64,000 nt of DNA from an uncultured Candidatus Saccharibacteria bacterium (GCA_964630525.1 CAZVUY010000002.1:33760-97759); one strand, 5' to 3'. Positions 1 to 10,199 are shown, numbered from the stretch's first letter. Made by a program: numbers and translations. The notes: generated by a model not told the origin, from the letters alone.

Positions 1-741
1 TTCCTGTCCAATTCAATATTTAAATCGCGCGCCTTTTCTGCCAAAGCCGATATTTGGGGGCCGCCCGGATATGGCAAATCAAGCATTCGAGCTACTTTGT
101 CGTAGGCTTCACCGACTGCATCGTCCAAAGTTTCGCCGATCTTTGTTTTGTTCAACCAGTTTTCAAGTAGGACGAGTTCGGTATGCCCACCACTGATCAG
201 GAGAGCAATCGCTGGAAATTTTATTTCTCTGTTTGAAAATTCCTCCGTTTTGTTAAACAAGACAGAGGCAATGTGTCCTTCCATGTGGTTTGTGCCGTGT
301 ACTGGAATTTGCCACTTTTGGCCTAGTATTTTGGCGAAAGTGATGCCGGTCCAAAGAGCTGGTTCGAGGCCGGGCCCTACCGTGACAGCTATGAGGTCAA
401 TGCTCGGGTTAGCCACACGTTCAAATGTTTTTTGCCAAATACGATCTATCTCTTCCTGGCGATCGGTATCAGCTATCAAGTTTTCATTTAAAATTTTCAA
501 GGTTTCTTCTGAGATCAGTCCAGCCTTAAAAAGACTTTCAGCCAATACTGGCAATAAGTTTCGCTGGTGCTCTCTTTTGGCTAGCCCGGGCACCACTCCA
601 CCAAAAGCACGGTGCAAATCTATTTGGCTTTGGATAGCGCTACCAAGTACGCGAAAATTGGGCGCTTCTAAACTCCCGTTTCCCTCGACAACGCTCACCG
701 CCGTCTCATCGCAACTTGTCTCAATACCCAGAATAATCATG
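1..741 (-). CDS. tsaD: tRNA N6-adenosine threonylcarbamoyltransferase TsaD (Kae1/Gcp family), 3' end cut by window edge
   Basis: Minus-strand translation from ATG (739-741) reads MIILGIETSCDETAVSVVEG...LAKREHQRN...VHGTNHMEGHIASV...GGHTELV, the Kae1/TsaD N-terminus and HxxxH metal motif; the + ORF 148..756 in the track is its antisense shadow. Confidence 0.85.
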
Positions 742-827
742 GTGACCAAAGTATAGCGATTTCTGGCAAAAAATCATCTCGAGCGCGTTTCTGTTTGCTT
801 TTTAATTATTTTAATTGTATAAAGTAG

Positions 828-1238
828 TTGGAGGTATTGTCGGTGAAAATCAGAAGAAATGGTTTGACCGCTCTCAGACTTTGGCTCAGGAACCTGAAGC
901 GGGATATTTTTCCGACCGAGAAAGATGATCGGATTAGGATCAACAAAGCCAAAGGAAGAGCCAAGTTGGTGAATCATCACGAATTGTCCGTGGTTCGTTG
1001 TATTCCAACGATTGACGGTTGTTATCTTACGTTGCTTTGTATGCAGAATCCGGCAGAGGATTACTCGGTGACCGTTTTTTTTCCCGGCGTAGCCGATTGT
1101 AATGCTAATTCCCTAGCGCGGGTGGAGTTTTCAGAAACTCCGCACGCCAAACTTTTTTCTGTGTATAAATCTGGTTACGTTTGGAAGGTTGGAACGTATC
1201 TCAACGTAACCAGTGTGAGAACCAGAGTAGTTTGTTGA
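828..1238 (+). CDS. hypothetical protein (weak)
   Basis: 136-aa ORF between tsaD and TspO; no recognizable motif, no clear RBS. Confidence 0.25.
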   Translation: MEVLSVKIRRNGLTALRLWLRNLKRDIFPTEKDDRIRINKAKGRAKLVNHHELSVVRCIPTIDGCYLTLLCMQNPAEDYSVTVFFPGVADCNANSLARVEFSETPHAKLFSVYKSGYVWKVGTYLNVTSVRTRVVC

Positions 1239-1300
1239 TCGATTCAATTTTAAACCCCCCTCGGCTGGTCCGGGCGGGGTTTTGTCTTTACTGACTGACC

Positions 1301-1705
1301 TTATCTATTTAAATAAGTTATTGTCAGTTGCAGGCAAGTGGCAAAGGTCACCCAAAGGAAGTAGGGCACATTGGCATAAGCGACCCAACGAAGCTCCGGT
1401 GCGGACTGCCAAATGGCGTAGAGAGCCAAGCCGAGAGTGATCAAAACAAGCACAATATCGATCGAAGCTAGCAGATTATTTTTTAGTCCAAATTGCAGGG
1501 GAGTGAAAGCGAAGTTGAAAATGAGATTGAGCACGAAAGGCAAGGCGGTCATTGGCGGAATCTGCCTGGTCAGAGCTTTATAAAAAACGGTGCCAAATGA
1601 GACGGCGATGATCGTATACAAAACTGTCCAGACTGGTCCAAAAAGCCAGCTCGGCGGCGCCCATGAAGGTTTTATAATTTGTGAGTACCAATTGTAGGTG
1701 GACAT
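1301..1705 (-). CDS. TspO/MBR family tryptophan-rich sensory membrane protein
   Basis: 134 aa, five hydrophobic segments, KPSWAPPSWLFGPVWTVLY and W/P-rich pattern typical of TspO/MBR. Confidence 0.8.
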   Translation of the reverse strand: MSTYNWYSQIIKPSWAPPSWLFGPVWTVLYTIIAVSFGTVFYKALTRQIPPMTALPFVLNLIFNFAFTPLQFGLKNNLLASIDIVLVLITLGLALYAIWQSAPELRWVAYANVPYFLWVTFATCLQLTITYLNR

Positions 1706-1716
1706 GGGTGATGCAA

Positions 1717-1788
1717 TGACCCTACGCGGAATCGAACCGCGCTTTTCGCCTTGAAAAGGCGACGTCCTAACCGATAGACGATAGGGCC
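1717..1788 (-). tRNA. tRNA-Glu (anticodon TTC)
   Basis: Minus-strand sequence GGCCCTATCGTCTATCGGTTAGGACGTCGCCTTTTCAAGGCGAAAAGCGCGGTTCGATTCCGCGTAGGGTCA folds as cloverleaf; 7-bp acceptor, T-loop TTCGATT, anticodon loop TTTTCAA. Confidence 0.8.
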
Positions 1789-1967
1789 CCCACTACGCTA
1801 AAGCTTCGCGGGGCAAGCCCTTAGAAACTAGTAGGTAGAGACGGGAAAATCATAACATTTTTTGAGAAGATTGCAAAAAGGTGATACCTTTGTATGAAAG
1901 GCTGTCTGAGCTATCTAAAAAGCTAGGGCAACCAACGGCCTCCTTTGTGAAAACTATGGCGGCCGAG

Positions 1968-2057
1968 GGAAGGGTGGCTGAGTGGTTTAAGGCACCGGTT
2001 TCGAAAACCGGCGTAGGGGAAACTCTACCGTGGGTTCAAATCCCACCCCTTCCGCCA
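1968..2057 (+). tRNA. tRNA-Ser (anticodon CGA), CCA encoded
   Basis: GGAAGGGTGGCTGAGTGGTTTAAGGCACCGGTTTCGAAAACCGG...long variable arm...GTGGGTTCAAATCCCACCCCTTCCGCCA; acceptor GGAAGGG/CCCTTCC; ORF 1881..2075 in the track overlaps it and is spurious. Confidence 0.85.
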
Positions 2058-2084
2058 AATGTATTTTTCTGCTAAGATACAGGC

Positions 2085-2753
2085 ATGATCATCTCATATC
2101 AGGGGGCGCAGTCTTTCAAAGTACAGTTTGGGGATACGGTATTGGCTTTTGATCCGATTTCCAAAGATTCCCGCCTCATCGGTGGGCAAGCGAAGCTCAA
2201 GGCGAGCAGTTTTGGTGCAGATGTGGCCCTGATCTCTCTCAATCATCCAGATATGAACGGTGCGGCGCAAGCAAGCCGAGGCGAGAAAGAAGCTTTCGTA
2301 GTGAGCGGTCCTGGCGAGTATGAGATCAAAGGTATTTTTATAAAAGGGTTGCCCTCAGTTTCGCATTATGGTGGCGAGGAGAGAATCAATACCATCTACA
2401 CTGTCAATTTGGAAAATATCAATCTTTGTTTTTTGGGGGCGCTCAGCGATATCAATCTTTCCAGCGCGACCAAAGAAGCGATCGATGGAGTGGATATTTT
2501 GTTTGTGCCAGTCGGCAGTGCTTCGAGTGACGAGAAATCAAATCAGGGGACTTTAAGTGCGGGTGAGGCTTACAAATTTGCAGTGTCGCTCGAACCCTCT
2601 ATAATTATTCCTATGAACTACACTGACGCTTCCCTCAAAGCGTTTATGAAGGAGGGAGGTGCAGAAGACGTGAAGCCGGTAGACAAGCTAACCATCAAGA
2701 AAAAAGATTTGGAAGGCAAAGAGAGTGAGATCGTAGTTTTGGATGCTCAATAA
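2085..2753 (+). CDS. putative MBL-fold (beta-lactamase-like) metal-dependent hydrolase
   Basis: 222-aa ORF with good coding periodicity; alternating beta-strand pattern and D/H-rich segments reminiscent of UlaG/MBL-fold hydrolases; canonical HxHxDH not clearly seen. Confidence 0.45.
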   Translation: MIISYQGAQSFKVQFGDTVLAFDPISKDSRLIGGQAKLKASSFGADVALISLNHPDMNGAAQASRGEKEAFVVSGPGEYEIKGIFIKGLPSVSHYGGEERINTIYTVNLENINLCFLGALSDINLSSATKEAIDGVDILFVPVGSASSDEKSNQGTLSAGEAYKFAVSLEPSIIIPMNYTDASLKAFMKEGGAEDVKPVDKLTIKKKDLEGKESEIVVLDAQ

Positions 2754-2762
2754 TCAATCCAA

Positions 2763-3107
2763 ATGATTGTCAAAAAATATAGGCAAATAATGGCACAAGA
2801 AGAGTCCTATCGTCAGAAATGGGCGACCGGGCTTGCAGTCAGTTTGTCTCTGGTTATTTTTGTCGGCTTCGCTTTTTATAAAGGCTATCTCGGTTTTGAA
2901 AATTCAAAATCAGTTGCCCAAAAGCCAACTTTGGAGCTCGCGAGCGTAGTTTCAGCCGAAAAAGCCCCTTCACCGATTGATGGTTCCAAACAAAATCTCA
3001 AGTCTCTTTTTTACGAAATCGACAATCAATACCAATCTTTCAAAGATTCACTTGCCAATGTGCTCGTGCCGTTTATTACCGGGATTGAAGTTTACGAGAG
3101 GGAATGA
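2763..3107 (+). CDS. hypothetical single-pass membrane protein
   Basis: 114 aa, one TM (LAVSLSLVIFVGFAFY). Confidence 0.4.
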   Translation: MIVKKYRQIMAQEESYRQKWATGLAVSLSLVIFVGFAFYKGYLGFENSKSVAQKPTLELASVVSAEKAPSPIDGSKQNLKSLFYEIDNQYQSFKDSLANVLVPFITGIEVYERE

Positions 3108-3220
3108 CTCGACACTAATTACGAATTGGCACGAATTTACAAATGGAATATTCGTGTTATTCGTATGAATTCGTGGATTGGTGTCGCATTGATTTTTGTT
3201 TGCTTTTTTGCTATTATTGA

Positions 3221-5695
3221 ATGGCTAAAATGGCTAAAAAAGAGGAAAAAAACGATGAAATTCTAAATACTGGGTCTAGTGTGGTGTCGCGCTCGATCGT
3301 GACCGAGATGAAAAAATCCTTCATCGACTATGCCATGTCGGTGATCACTGATCGAGCTTTGCCGGATGTGCGCGATGGCCTAAAGCCGGTTCACCGCCGC
3401 ATTCTCTATGCCATGCATACCATGGGCCTCACCGCTTCGGCTAAGTCTCGAAAGTCGGCCACAGTGGTGGGAGAAGTTTTGGGTAACTACCACCCGCACG
3501 GCGATGTCGCTGCTTATGATGCGATGGTCAAGATGGCTCAAGATTTCGGCTATCGTTACCCACTGATCGTCGGTCAGGGAAACTTTGGTTCAATTGACGG
3601 AGATTCACCAGCGGCGATGCGTTACACCGAAGCCAAGATGAGTCGGATCGCCGGCGAACTTTTGCGTGATATAGGCAAGGAGACGGTCAATTGGGTACCC
3701 AACTACGATGCCACCAAAAAAGAGCCGGCAGTTTTGCCGAGCGCAGCTCCGCAGCTTTTGCTCAACGGCACCTTGGGTATTGCGGTTGGTATGGCGACCA
3801 ATGTGCCACCCCACAATCTAAGAGAAGTGGTAGATGCGACTGTTTATTTGATAGACAACAAAGAGGCGACAACTGAAGATTTGCTGGAATTTGTCCAAGG
3901 TCCGGATTTCCCACTGGGTGGTGTTATTTTCAATGCCAAAGATATCCAACATGCCTATTCGACTGGTCGCGGCGGGGTGGTTTGCCGAGGAGTGGCTGAG
4001 ATCGTGGAAGATAAAAATATTTCCCAAATAGTCATCACTTCTCTACCTTATCGAGTCAATAAACAGTCTCTTGTTGAAAAAATAGCAGAGTTGGTTCGTG
4101 ATAAAAAACTTGAAGGCATCAAGGGTTTGCGTGACGAATCGACCAAGGACATTCGAGTGGTGATCGATCTCAAAAACGGTAGTTATCCGCAAAAAGTACT
4201 CAACTTTCTCTATAAACACACTCAACTTGAGGAAACTTTCCATTTCAACTTGGTGGCGCTCGTAGACGGCGTACCTCAGACCCTTTCGCTCAAAGGTATT
4301 TTGGAGGAGTTTATCAAACATCGACAGATAGTGGTGCGTCGGCGCACCGAATTTGACTTGCGCGAAGCCGAAGCGAGAGAGCATATCTTGCTCGGTCTCA
4401 AAAAGGCACTTGATCATATCGACGAGATCATCAAATTGATCAAGAAGAGCAAGGACGTGGATACCGCTAGAGCAAACTTGATGAAGGAGTTCAAATTCTC
4501 CGAGATTCAAGCCAACGCTATTTTGGAAATGCGACTCCAGAAACTCGCCGGTCTTGAAAGGCAGAAGATCGAAGATGAACTCAATGCGGTGCAGGCTCTG
4601 ATCAAAGAACTCAAAGATATTCTAAGCAATCCCAAAAAGATCCTCTCTATTATCAAGAAGGAACTTTCTGAAATCAGTCAAAAATATGGCGATGATCGTC
4701 GTACCAAGGTGATCAAAGGCGGTGTCAAAGTGCTTTCGATCGAAGATTTGATCGCTGACGAAGACAACACCCTTATTCTGACTGCTGGTGGCTACGTGAA
4801 GCGCACTCACCCAGACGAATATCGCAAACAAAAACGCGGCGGGGTGGGAGTGGTTGATTTGGATACCAAGGAAGAAGATTTTGTAACCAACTTTTTAACA
4901 GCCAGCACTCATTCAGACCTCTTATTCTTCACGGATCGAGGTAAGGCTTACCAAATCAAGATGCACGAATTGCCGGAAGGCAAGCGAGCGACGCGCGGCA
5001 AGTCGATCATGAATTTCCTCTCGCTTTCGGAAGGGGAGAAGGTGACCTCAATCTTACCAATGCCTAAAAATTTGAAAGAAAATAAAGATTTGTCGCTACT
5101 TATGGTGACCAGCGATGGTACCGGCAAAAAAGTTTCAGCTGCCAGTTTCCATGATGTGCGAGCGAGCGGTATTATCGCGATCAGACTTTCTGATGGGGAT
5201 CGGTTGGTATCGGTTTCGGCGGTTACCAAGGGAGATACCTGTGTGGTAGTGACTGCCAAGGGCCAATCAATCCGGTTTAAGGAAAATGATGTTAGGGAAA
5301 TGGGTCGGACTGCCGGTGGAGTGAGAGTGATTAAGTTGAGCAAAAATGACCGGGTGGTTGGCGCTCATCCAGTACCGAAAGAAAAAGAGAAAGACGCTGC
5401 TCTTTTGACCATGGGTGCAGGTGGTTATGGCAAGAAGACTCCGATTGGTGAATACAAAATACAAAATCGTGGTGGCAGCGGTATCAAGACCAGCAATGTG
5501 ACAGCGAAGACTGGCGAGATTATCGCTTCAGCGGTGGTTACCGGTGAAGAGGAGGAGGCAGTGGCTATGTCTAAAAAGAGCCAAGTGATCCGCCTCGGCC
5601 TCTCTGAAATACCGTCATTGGGCCGCTCTACTCAAGGAGTCCGTATCATGAAGCTCTACCCTGGTGACTCCATCGCTTCTTTCATTTGTCTATAG
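3221..5695 (+). CDS. gyrA: DNA gyrase subunit A
   Basis: 824 aa; N-terminal [28 protein letters not shown] and HPHGD motif, active-site region [11 protein letters not shown]-terminal beta-pinwheel repeats. Confidence 0.95.
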   Translation: MAKMAKKEEKNDEILNTGSSVVSRSIVTEMKKSFIDYAMSVITDRALPDVRDGLKPVHRRILYAMHTMGLTASAKSRKSATVVGEVLGNYHPHGDVAAYDAMVKMAQDFGYRYPLIVGQGNFGSIDGDSPAAMRYTEAKMSRIAGELLRDIGKETVNWVPNYDATKKEPAVLPSAAPQLLLNGTLGIAVGMATNVPPHNLREVVDATVYLIDNKEATTEDLLEFVQGPDFPLGGVIFNAKDIQHAYSTGRGGVVCRGVAEIVEDKNISQIVITSLPYRVNKQSLVEKIAELVRDKKLEGIKGLRDESTKDIRVVIDLKNGSYPQKVLNFLYKHTQLEETFHFNLVALVDGVPQTLSLKGILEEFIKHRQIVVRRRTEFDLREAEAREHILLGLKKALDHIDEIIKLIKKSKDVDTARANLMKEFKFSEIQANAILEMRLQKLAGLERQKIEDELNAVQALIKELKDILSNPKKILSIIKKELSEISQKYGDDRRTKVIKGGVKVLSIEDLIADEDNTLILTAGGYVKRTHPDEYRKQKRGGVGVVDLDTKEEDFVTNFLTASTHSDLLFFTDRGKAYQIKMHELPEGKRATRGKSIMNFLSLSEGEKVTSILPMPKNLKENKDLSLLMVTSDGTGKKVSAASFHDVRASGIIAIRLSDGDRLVSVSAVTKGDTCVVVTAKGQSIRFKENDVREMGRTAGGVRVIKLSKNDRVVGAHPVPKEKEKDAALLTMGAGGYGKKTPIGEYKIQNRGGSGIKTSNVTAKTGEIIASAVVTGEEEEAVAMSKKSQVIRLGLSEIPSLGRSTQGVRIMKLYPGDSIASFICL

Positions 5696-6340
5696 TTCCT
5701 CCCAGTCAGTACAAAGGGTGCCCCTTTGCATGTAAATTCCCTTCGTTTCTTTTTCAAATCCTTCCTTGTTGCCAAAAATATTCGGAAAAATATCTTTTGA
5801 TATTATTGGCAAACTCACATTTCTTAAATTGGTAAAATCTGTAAAACTACTCCATTTATAGTTAATTGGACTATTAGTTAAGCCGTCTTTTACTGGGTTC
5901 ATATGTATATATGAAGATATCCACCTCAGCTGTTGATCTGTTTCAATCCTGACAGCCTTAAATTGATCCTGAAAAACATGACCCACTCTATTGTACTTTT
6001 TATTTATATACATTGAAAAACTGGTACACAATCTTAACATCAAACTCGAGATTGGTTGATTTTTTAATTGCTCTATAAGCAAATGAAAATGATTTGGCAT
6101 TAGACAAAATGCATGTATTTTAAATGAATTTTTATCTGCCGTGAATTTAATTCTTGATTTGGGGAAAAACAACAAATCATGATCCAGTTCTTTTTTATCA
6201 AAACCCAATGCCAAGCCTAATCTAAATAAAAAAGCTCTATTATCGTCATTATCAAGAAAAACTTTTTCTCGGTTATTACCTCTATTATAAACATGATAAA
6301 TAGAGTTCGGTTGAAAATTTTTATAATCTCTTTTTCTCAC
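5690..6340 (-). CDS. REP-associated tyrosine transposase (RayT / IS200-like Y1 HUH transposase)
   Basis: 216 aa with [10 protein letters not shown]...[13 protein letters not shown] (HUH motif) and a downstream Tyr region; flanked by inverted REP palindromes; its stop codon overlaps the gyrA stop by 6 nt. Confidence 0.8.
   Translation of the reverse strand: MRKRDYKNFQPNSIYHVYNRGNNREKVFLDNDDNRAFLFRLGLALGFDKKELDHDLLFFPKSRIKFTADKNSFKIHAFCLMPNHFHLLIEQLKNQPISSLMLRLCTSFSMYINKKYNRVGHVFQDQFKAVRIETDQQLRWISSYIHMNPVKDGLTNSPINYKWSSFTDFTNLRNVSLPIISKDIFPNIFGNKEGFEKETKGIYMQRGTLCTDWEEL
5712..5728. repeat. REP palindrome copy 1 (CAAAGGG-TGC-CCCTTTG)
   Basis: exact 17-mer; lies inside the RayT C-terminal coding region. 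Confidence 0.8.
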
Positions 6341-6353
6341 ACTTCAATTATAA

Positions 6354-6370
6354 CAAAGGGTGCCCCTTTG
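6354..6370. repeat. REP palindrome copy 2
   Basis: exact 17-mer ACAAAGGGTGCCCCTTTGT upstream of the RayT start. Confidence 0.8.
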
Positions 6371-6397
6371 TGCTACGTATTCAACAGTTTTTAGGGA

Positions 6398-7708
6398 TTG
6401 GGATTTTGGATTTGCTATAATATAACCATGACAAAATTTCAGTTGATCGTCACTGGCATTTTCGGTGCTTTCTTGGTGATCGGGATTATTATTTTCTCAG
6501 CTTACCGAGGTTCCTCGGAAGACGCAGCCAAGATAGTTGTCTGGGGCACCATCTCTAACCTGGCTTTCAATGACATCATCCAATCCACCTCACTCTACCA
6601 AAACAAACTTTTTGATATCACTTATGTACAAAAATCAGAAGCTAGTTTCGACGCTGACTTTATAGACGCACTGGCTTCTGGTACCGGGCCAGACCTTTTC
6701 ATTCTACCGAGTAACAAAATTCTCAAGCATTACAACAAAATTTTCCTGATCCCTTACAATGTTTTCACCGAGCGACAATTCAAAGATTCTTTTATTGAAG
6801 GAGCAGAAATCTACATGGCCCCCGATGGTATTGTTGGGCTACCTATCTACACCGACCCCTTGGTAATGTATTGGAATCGGGCGATCTTTCGCGACGCCAA
6901 ACTTACAGAGCCACCCAAATATTGGGATGAGTTTTACAATCTCGCCAACCTTATCTCGGTCAAAGATGGGGCGCTCAATATTTTGAAAAGCGCGGTTGCT
7001 TTCGGTGAGTTTGCCAACGTCACCAACGCCAAAGAGATAATTGTCAATTTGGCGATGCAGGCCGGTACCCCAGTCACTCTCTGGAATGCGGGTAAGGTGC
7101 AAAGTGTTTTCAATTTTACTTTTGATAAGCCGACTGTTCCAGCCGAAGCGGCGGTCAATTTTTACACCGAATTTGGCAACCCAACCAAACCCTCATACTC
7201 TTGGAACCGTTCTCTACCGAGTTCAGCCAACTACTTTTTAGGCGGAGATTTAGCTTTGTACTTTGGTTTTGCGAGCGAGGTGACTAATCTACAAGTCAAA
7301 AATCCTAACTTGAATTTCGATGTGGCGAGGGTCCCTGTCTCCCGGGAAGGAGGTACTCTGGTTTCTTATGCTGATTTTGGTGCCCTCGCTATCACCAAAT
7401 CTTCTAAAAATCCAAACGCCGCTTTCCAGGTAGCCTCCATCCTCTCCGGTAGCGAGGGGGCCAGTGCCTTTAGCGCTGCTCTAAGATTGCCTTCGGCTCG
7501 GCGTGACCTGCTCAACAAGAGGCCGGAAAATGCTTATCAAAGTGTCTTCCGGGACAGTGCGATCAGGGCCAAGAGTTGGCTTGATCCAGACCAGGCGATG
7601 AGCGATCAGATTTTCAAAAACATGATTGAGTCGATCACAAGCGGTCGAGCGAGGACTACCGCCGCCGTCTCCCGTGCTCACCAAGAACTTTCTAACCTTT
7701 TAAAATAA
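6398..7708 (+). CDS. extracellular solute-binding protein (ABC transporter SBP family 1-like), N-terminal membrane anchor; likely start MTKFQL at 6428
   Basis: 436 aa; signal-anchor TM, then a YWDEF and W/Y-rich sugar-SBP-like fold; stop is 1 nt before the first pilin gene. Confidence 0.6.
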   Translation: MGFWICYNITMTKFQLIVTGIFGAFLVIGIIIFSAYRGSSEDAAKIVVWGTISNLAFNDIIQSTSLYQNKLFDITYVQKSEASFDADFIDALASGTGPDLFILPSNKILKHYNKIFLIPYNVFTERQFKDSFIEGAEIYMAPDGIVGLPIYTDPLVMYWNRAIFRDAKLTEPPKYWDEFYNLANLISVKDGALNILKSAVAFGEFANVTNAKEIIVNLAMQAGTPVTLWNAGKVQSVFNFTFDKPTVPAEAAVNFYTEFGNPTKPSYSWNRSLPSSANYFLGGDLALYFGFASEVTNLQVKNPNLNFDVARVPVSREGGTLVSYADFGALAITKSSKNPNAAFQVASILSGSEGASAFSAALRLPSARRDLLNKRPENAYQSVFRDSAIRAKSWLDPDQAMSDQIFKNMIESITSGRARTTAAVSRAHQELSNLLK

Positions 7709-7709
7709 T

Positions 7710-8108
7710 ATGAGGAAAGTTATATTCAGTATCATTTTGACGATCATATTGCTGGTGCCGGTTGTACCGGTTTTGGCTCAGGGTAGTTTTATACCTTGTG
7801 GTGGTTACGACGAGGCCGGCAAGCAACAACCGGAATGCGGCTACTATGATCTGCTCAAGATGATAAATACTATTATCAAGTGGATCATCATTGTCTCTGC
7901 GCCAGTCGCGGCTGGGGTGATGGCTTGGGCGGGTTTTATGTACATGACAAGCGGGGTAGTCGATCAGAAAGCGGCGGCTAAAAAAATGATGTGGAAAGTT
8001 TTGATCGGCTTTGCTTTTATTCTCGGTGCCTGGCTCATAGTTTCCACTTTGCTCGATGCACTGCTTGCTGACAGTTTTAGAGATGCGGTGCCTGTTAATT
8101 TCAAGTAA
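7710..8108 (+). CDS. TrbC/VirB2-like (T4SS-type) pilin paralogue 1
   Basis: 132 aa; signal peptide, Cys-containing segment, two C-terminal TM helices with MWKVLIGFAFILGAW, like the other six paralogues. Confidence 0.7.
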   Translation: MRKVIFSIILTIILLVPVVPVLAQGSFIPCGGYDEAGKQQPECGYYDLLKMINTIIKWIIIVSAPVAAGVMAWAGFMYMTSGVVDQKAAAKKMMWKVLIGFAFILGAWLIVSTLLDALLADSFRDAVPVNFK

Positions 8109-8117
8109 AATAAAGAC

Positions 8118-8573
8118 ATGTCAAAATTTTTGAAAACAATTGCTCCATTCCTTGCTAATTTTATACTGATGTTTGTTCTGGTGATGCCTCTACTCTCTCG
8201 TTCTCAAGGAGTTAACAACCCGCCTCCTGGTGGAGTTAACAATCCGCCTCCTGGCGGCAGCGGTAAGGTAATAAATATCGAGAATCCATTCAAGTGTCCT
8301 TCTGGTAGTGGTGCTAACAACAAATGCACTATTCCAGATTTTATAGAGGTCATTATCAGAAAAATTTTGATGCCGATCGGCGGGGTGGTAGCGGTTCTCA
8401 TGGTCATGTGGGCGGGCTTTCTTTATGTGACAGCGGGTGGTAATGAGACCCAGATCAAAAAAGCGCACGATGCTCTGCTATCGGCGGTGATCGGTGCCGC
8501 CATCCTACTTGGTGCTTGGGCGATAGCCTCTGCCATCCAGGCCACCATCAATGAGCTGAGCGCGACAAGTTAA
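8118..8573 (+). CDS. TrbC/VirB2-like pilin paralogue 2 (contains tandem VNNPPPGG repeat)
   Basis: 151 aa; signal peptide, GVNNPPPGG duplicated (nt ~8208-8258), TM hairpin MVMWAGFLYV...AILLGAWAIAS. Confidence 0.7.
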   Translation: MSKFLKTIAPFLANFILMFVLVMPLLSRSQGVNNPPPGGVNNPPPGGSGKVINIENPFKCPSGSGANNKCTIPDFIEVIIRKILMPIGGVVAVLMVMWAGFLYVTAGGNETQIKKAHDALLSAVIGAAILLGAWAIASAIQATINELSATS

Positions 8574-8582
8574 TAAGCGGCA

Positions 8583-8939
8583 ATGAAAAAACCAATCTAC
8601 CTCAAAATATTTATAACCTCCATTCTGGCTACACCGCTGTTTGCCTGGGCCTTCCCTCGAGATTTGACTGGGATTATAAACATGTTTATCGACATTGGTT
8701 TGCGAGTCATCCCGTTCCTCGGCACGGGCGCCTTCCTAGTATTCGTGCTCGGAGTTGCCAAGTTTATCCGATCAGCCGGTAGCGAAAAGGAGATCAAAGA
8801 TAGCAAAAATCTGCTGATCTGGGGTGTCGTCGGCCTTTTTGTGCTGGTCACAGTCTGGGGGATTGTCTCTTTTCTACGAAGCGAGTTTGGTTTTGAGGGT
8901 GGGGTAGGGATACCGCAGGTCAGATTGAAATCAAATTAA
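8583..8939 (+). CDS. TrbC/VirB2-like pilin paralogue 3
   Basis: 118 aa; signal peptide, TM1, K/E-rich loop (SEKEIKDSKN), TM2 LLIWGVVGLFVLVTVWGIVSF. Confidence 0.7.
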   Translation: MKKPIYLKIFITSILATPLFAWAFPRDLTGIINMFIDIGLRVIPFLGTGAFLVFVLGVAKFIRSAGSEKEIKDSKNLLIWGVVGLFVLVTVWGIVSFLRSEFGFEGGVGIPQVRLKSN

Positions 8940-8949
8940 TTTAAAAGTT

Positions 8950-9258
8950 ATGGGAATAGTTGGTATTATTGATTCGGCTACAAGTATAATCAAAAATGTG
9001 CTAATACCATTAGCTTTCGCTTTATGTTTGTTATATTTCTTTTGGGGTGTGGTGATATACATAAGGAAAGGGGTGGGTAGCGAAGAGGCCGCCAAAGAGG
9101 GCAAGAGGGTGATGGTATTCGGTATCATAGGTCTTTTTGTGGCGGTAGCGGTCTGGGGTATTGTATCTTTTATCCAAAGTGAGCTTGGTATTTTACCAAT
9201 TGAAAATATAGAAAGACCAGGATCAGAATATACCACCGAGAATATTATATACCAGTAA
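8950..9258 (+). CDS. TrbC/VirB2-like pilin paralogue 4
   Basis: 102 aa; same topology, VMVFGIIGLFVAVAVWGIVSFI. Confidence 0.7.
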   Translation: MGIVGIIDSATSIIKNVLIPLAFALCLLYFFWGVVIYIRKGVGSEEAAKEGKRVMVFGIIGLFVAVAVWGIVSFIQSELGILPIENIERPGSEYTTENIIYQ

Positions 9259-9278
9259 TAATTTATCAGACTTAGAAA

Positions 9279-9701
9279 ATGAAAATGCCAAATAAAAATT
9301 ATAGTTATCTTGCTTTAGTAATATTTTGTTGGCCTGTTTTTGCTGGTGCAGAAGTATTTGGTAAAACCAGAGGTATTTTGGAAAGTTTGGCTAGTATAGT
9401 AGGCAGAGTTTTGATACCACTCGTCTTTTCTTTGGCCGTACTCTTCTTTTTATATGGGGTGACCAAGTATATTTGGTCAGAAGGCGATAAGAAAGAAGAT
9501 GGAAAGAAGGTGATGGTCTGGGGGGTGGTCGCTTTATTTGTCATGTCCTCAGTGTGGGGCTTGGTGGCTTTTATTGAAAAGGAGCTTTTGGGTAGTTCTT
9601 CTCCTAAAAATGTTAAGATACCGACTATTGGAGGTTCTGCCAATGGTGGTGGTGATCCAGAGTGTGTACCGGATCCGATCAGTGGTAATCCTTGTCCGTA
9701 A
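9279..9701 (+). CDS. TrbC/VirB2-like pilin paralogue 5
   Basis: 140 aa; signal peptide, VMVWGVVALFVMSSVWGLVAFI, Gly/Cys-rich tail. Confidence 0.7.
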   Translation: MKMPNKNYSYLALVIFCWPVFAGAEVFGKTRGILESLASIVGRVLIPLVFSLAVLFFLYGVTKYIWSEGDKKEDGKKVMVWGVVALFVMSSVWGLVAFIEKELLGSSSPKNVKIPTIGGSANGGGDPECVPDPISGNPCP

Positions 9702-9799
9702 ATGTCCTGTGGATATTGTTTGATGTTTTATAAATAAAGTTATATACTGTTTAGGAAATTAAAATGGTCGTTCATTTTATTATTATTTTATAAAATTGT

Positions 9800-10153
9800 A
9801 TGAGTACAAAAATCAAAATCGGAACATTGGTGGCGAGCGCATTCTTTTTGCCTCTAGTTTCTTTTGCTGCTCTTGAGAATATTACTGAATTAGTTGGCGA
9901 TATCGGAGAGATCATCAACACTATTATTCCGATAATGTTTGCCATTGCTCTGATCGGTTTCTTCTATGGTTTGATCAAATACATCTTTGGTGCCGAGCAC
10001 GACAAAGAGGCAGCCAAGAAGACTATGATCTGGGGTATAGTAGCTCTTTTTGTTATGAGCGCTGTCTGGGGTCTTGTCAATTTCTTAGGAACCGCTGTAG
10101 GTGTTGATCCAACGGATGCACCGGATGTTAGTGGCTTGATTCCTAATAACTAG
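9800..10153 (+). CDS. TrbC/VirB2-like pilin paralogue 6
   Basis: 117 aa; TMIWGIVALFVMSAVWGLVNFL. Confidence 0.7.
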   Translation: MSTKIKIGTLVASAFFLPLVSFAALENITELVGDIGEIINTIIPIMFAIALIGFFYGLIKYIFGAEHDKEAAKKTMIWGIVALFVMSAVWGLVNFLGTAVGVDPTDAPDVSGLIPNN

Positions 10154-10171
10154 TTCGTAAATAGTTGTTCA

Positions 10172-10199
10172 CAAAAAACAGGACATAGTCCTGTTTTTT
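10172..10199. terminator. intrinsic terminator hairpin (bidirectional) after pilin 6
   Basis: AAAAAACAGGAC-ATA-GTCCTGTTTTTT, 7-bp stem flanked by A6 and T6. Confidence 0.6.

Larger units (their letters stand above)
5696..6375. mobile_element. RayT-REP unit: transposase gene bracketed by two copies of a 17-bp REP palindrome
   Basis: CAAAGGGTGCCCCTTTG at 5712-5728 and 6354-6370 (arms CAAAGGG/CCCTTTG, centre TGC) flank ORF 5690..6340. Confidence 0.7.

Noticed and set aside
148-756. 202-aa plus-strand ORF in the track
   Set aside because: Antisense shadow of the clearly recognisable tsaD gene on the minus strand.
1881-2075. 64-aa ORF
   Set aside because: Entirely overlaps tRNA-Ser(CGA); translation is tRNA sequence.
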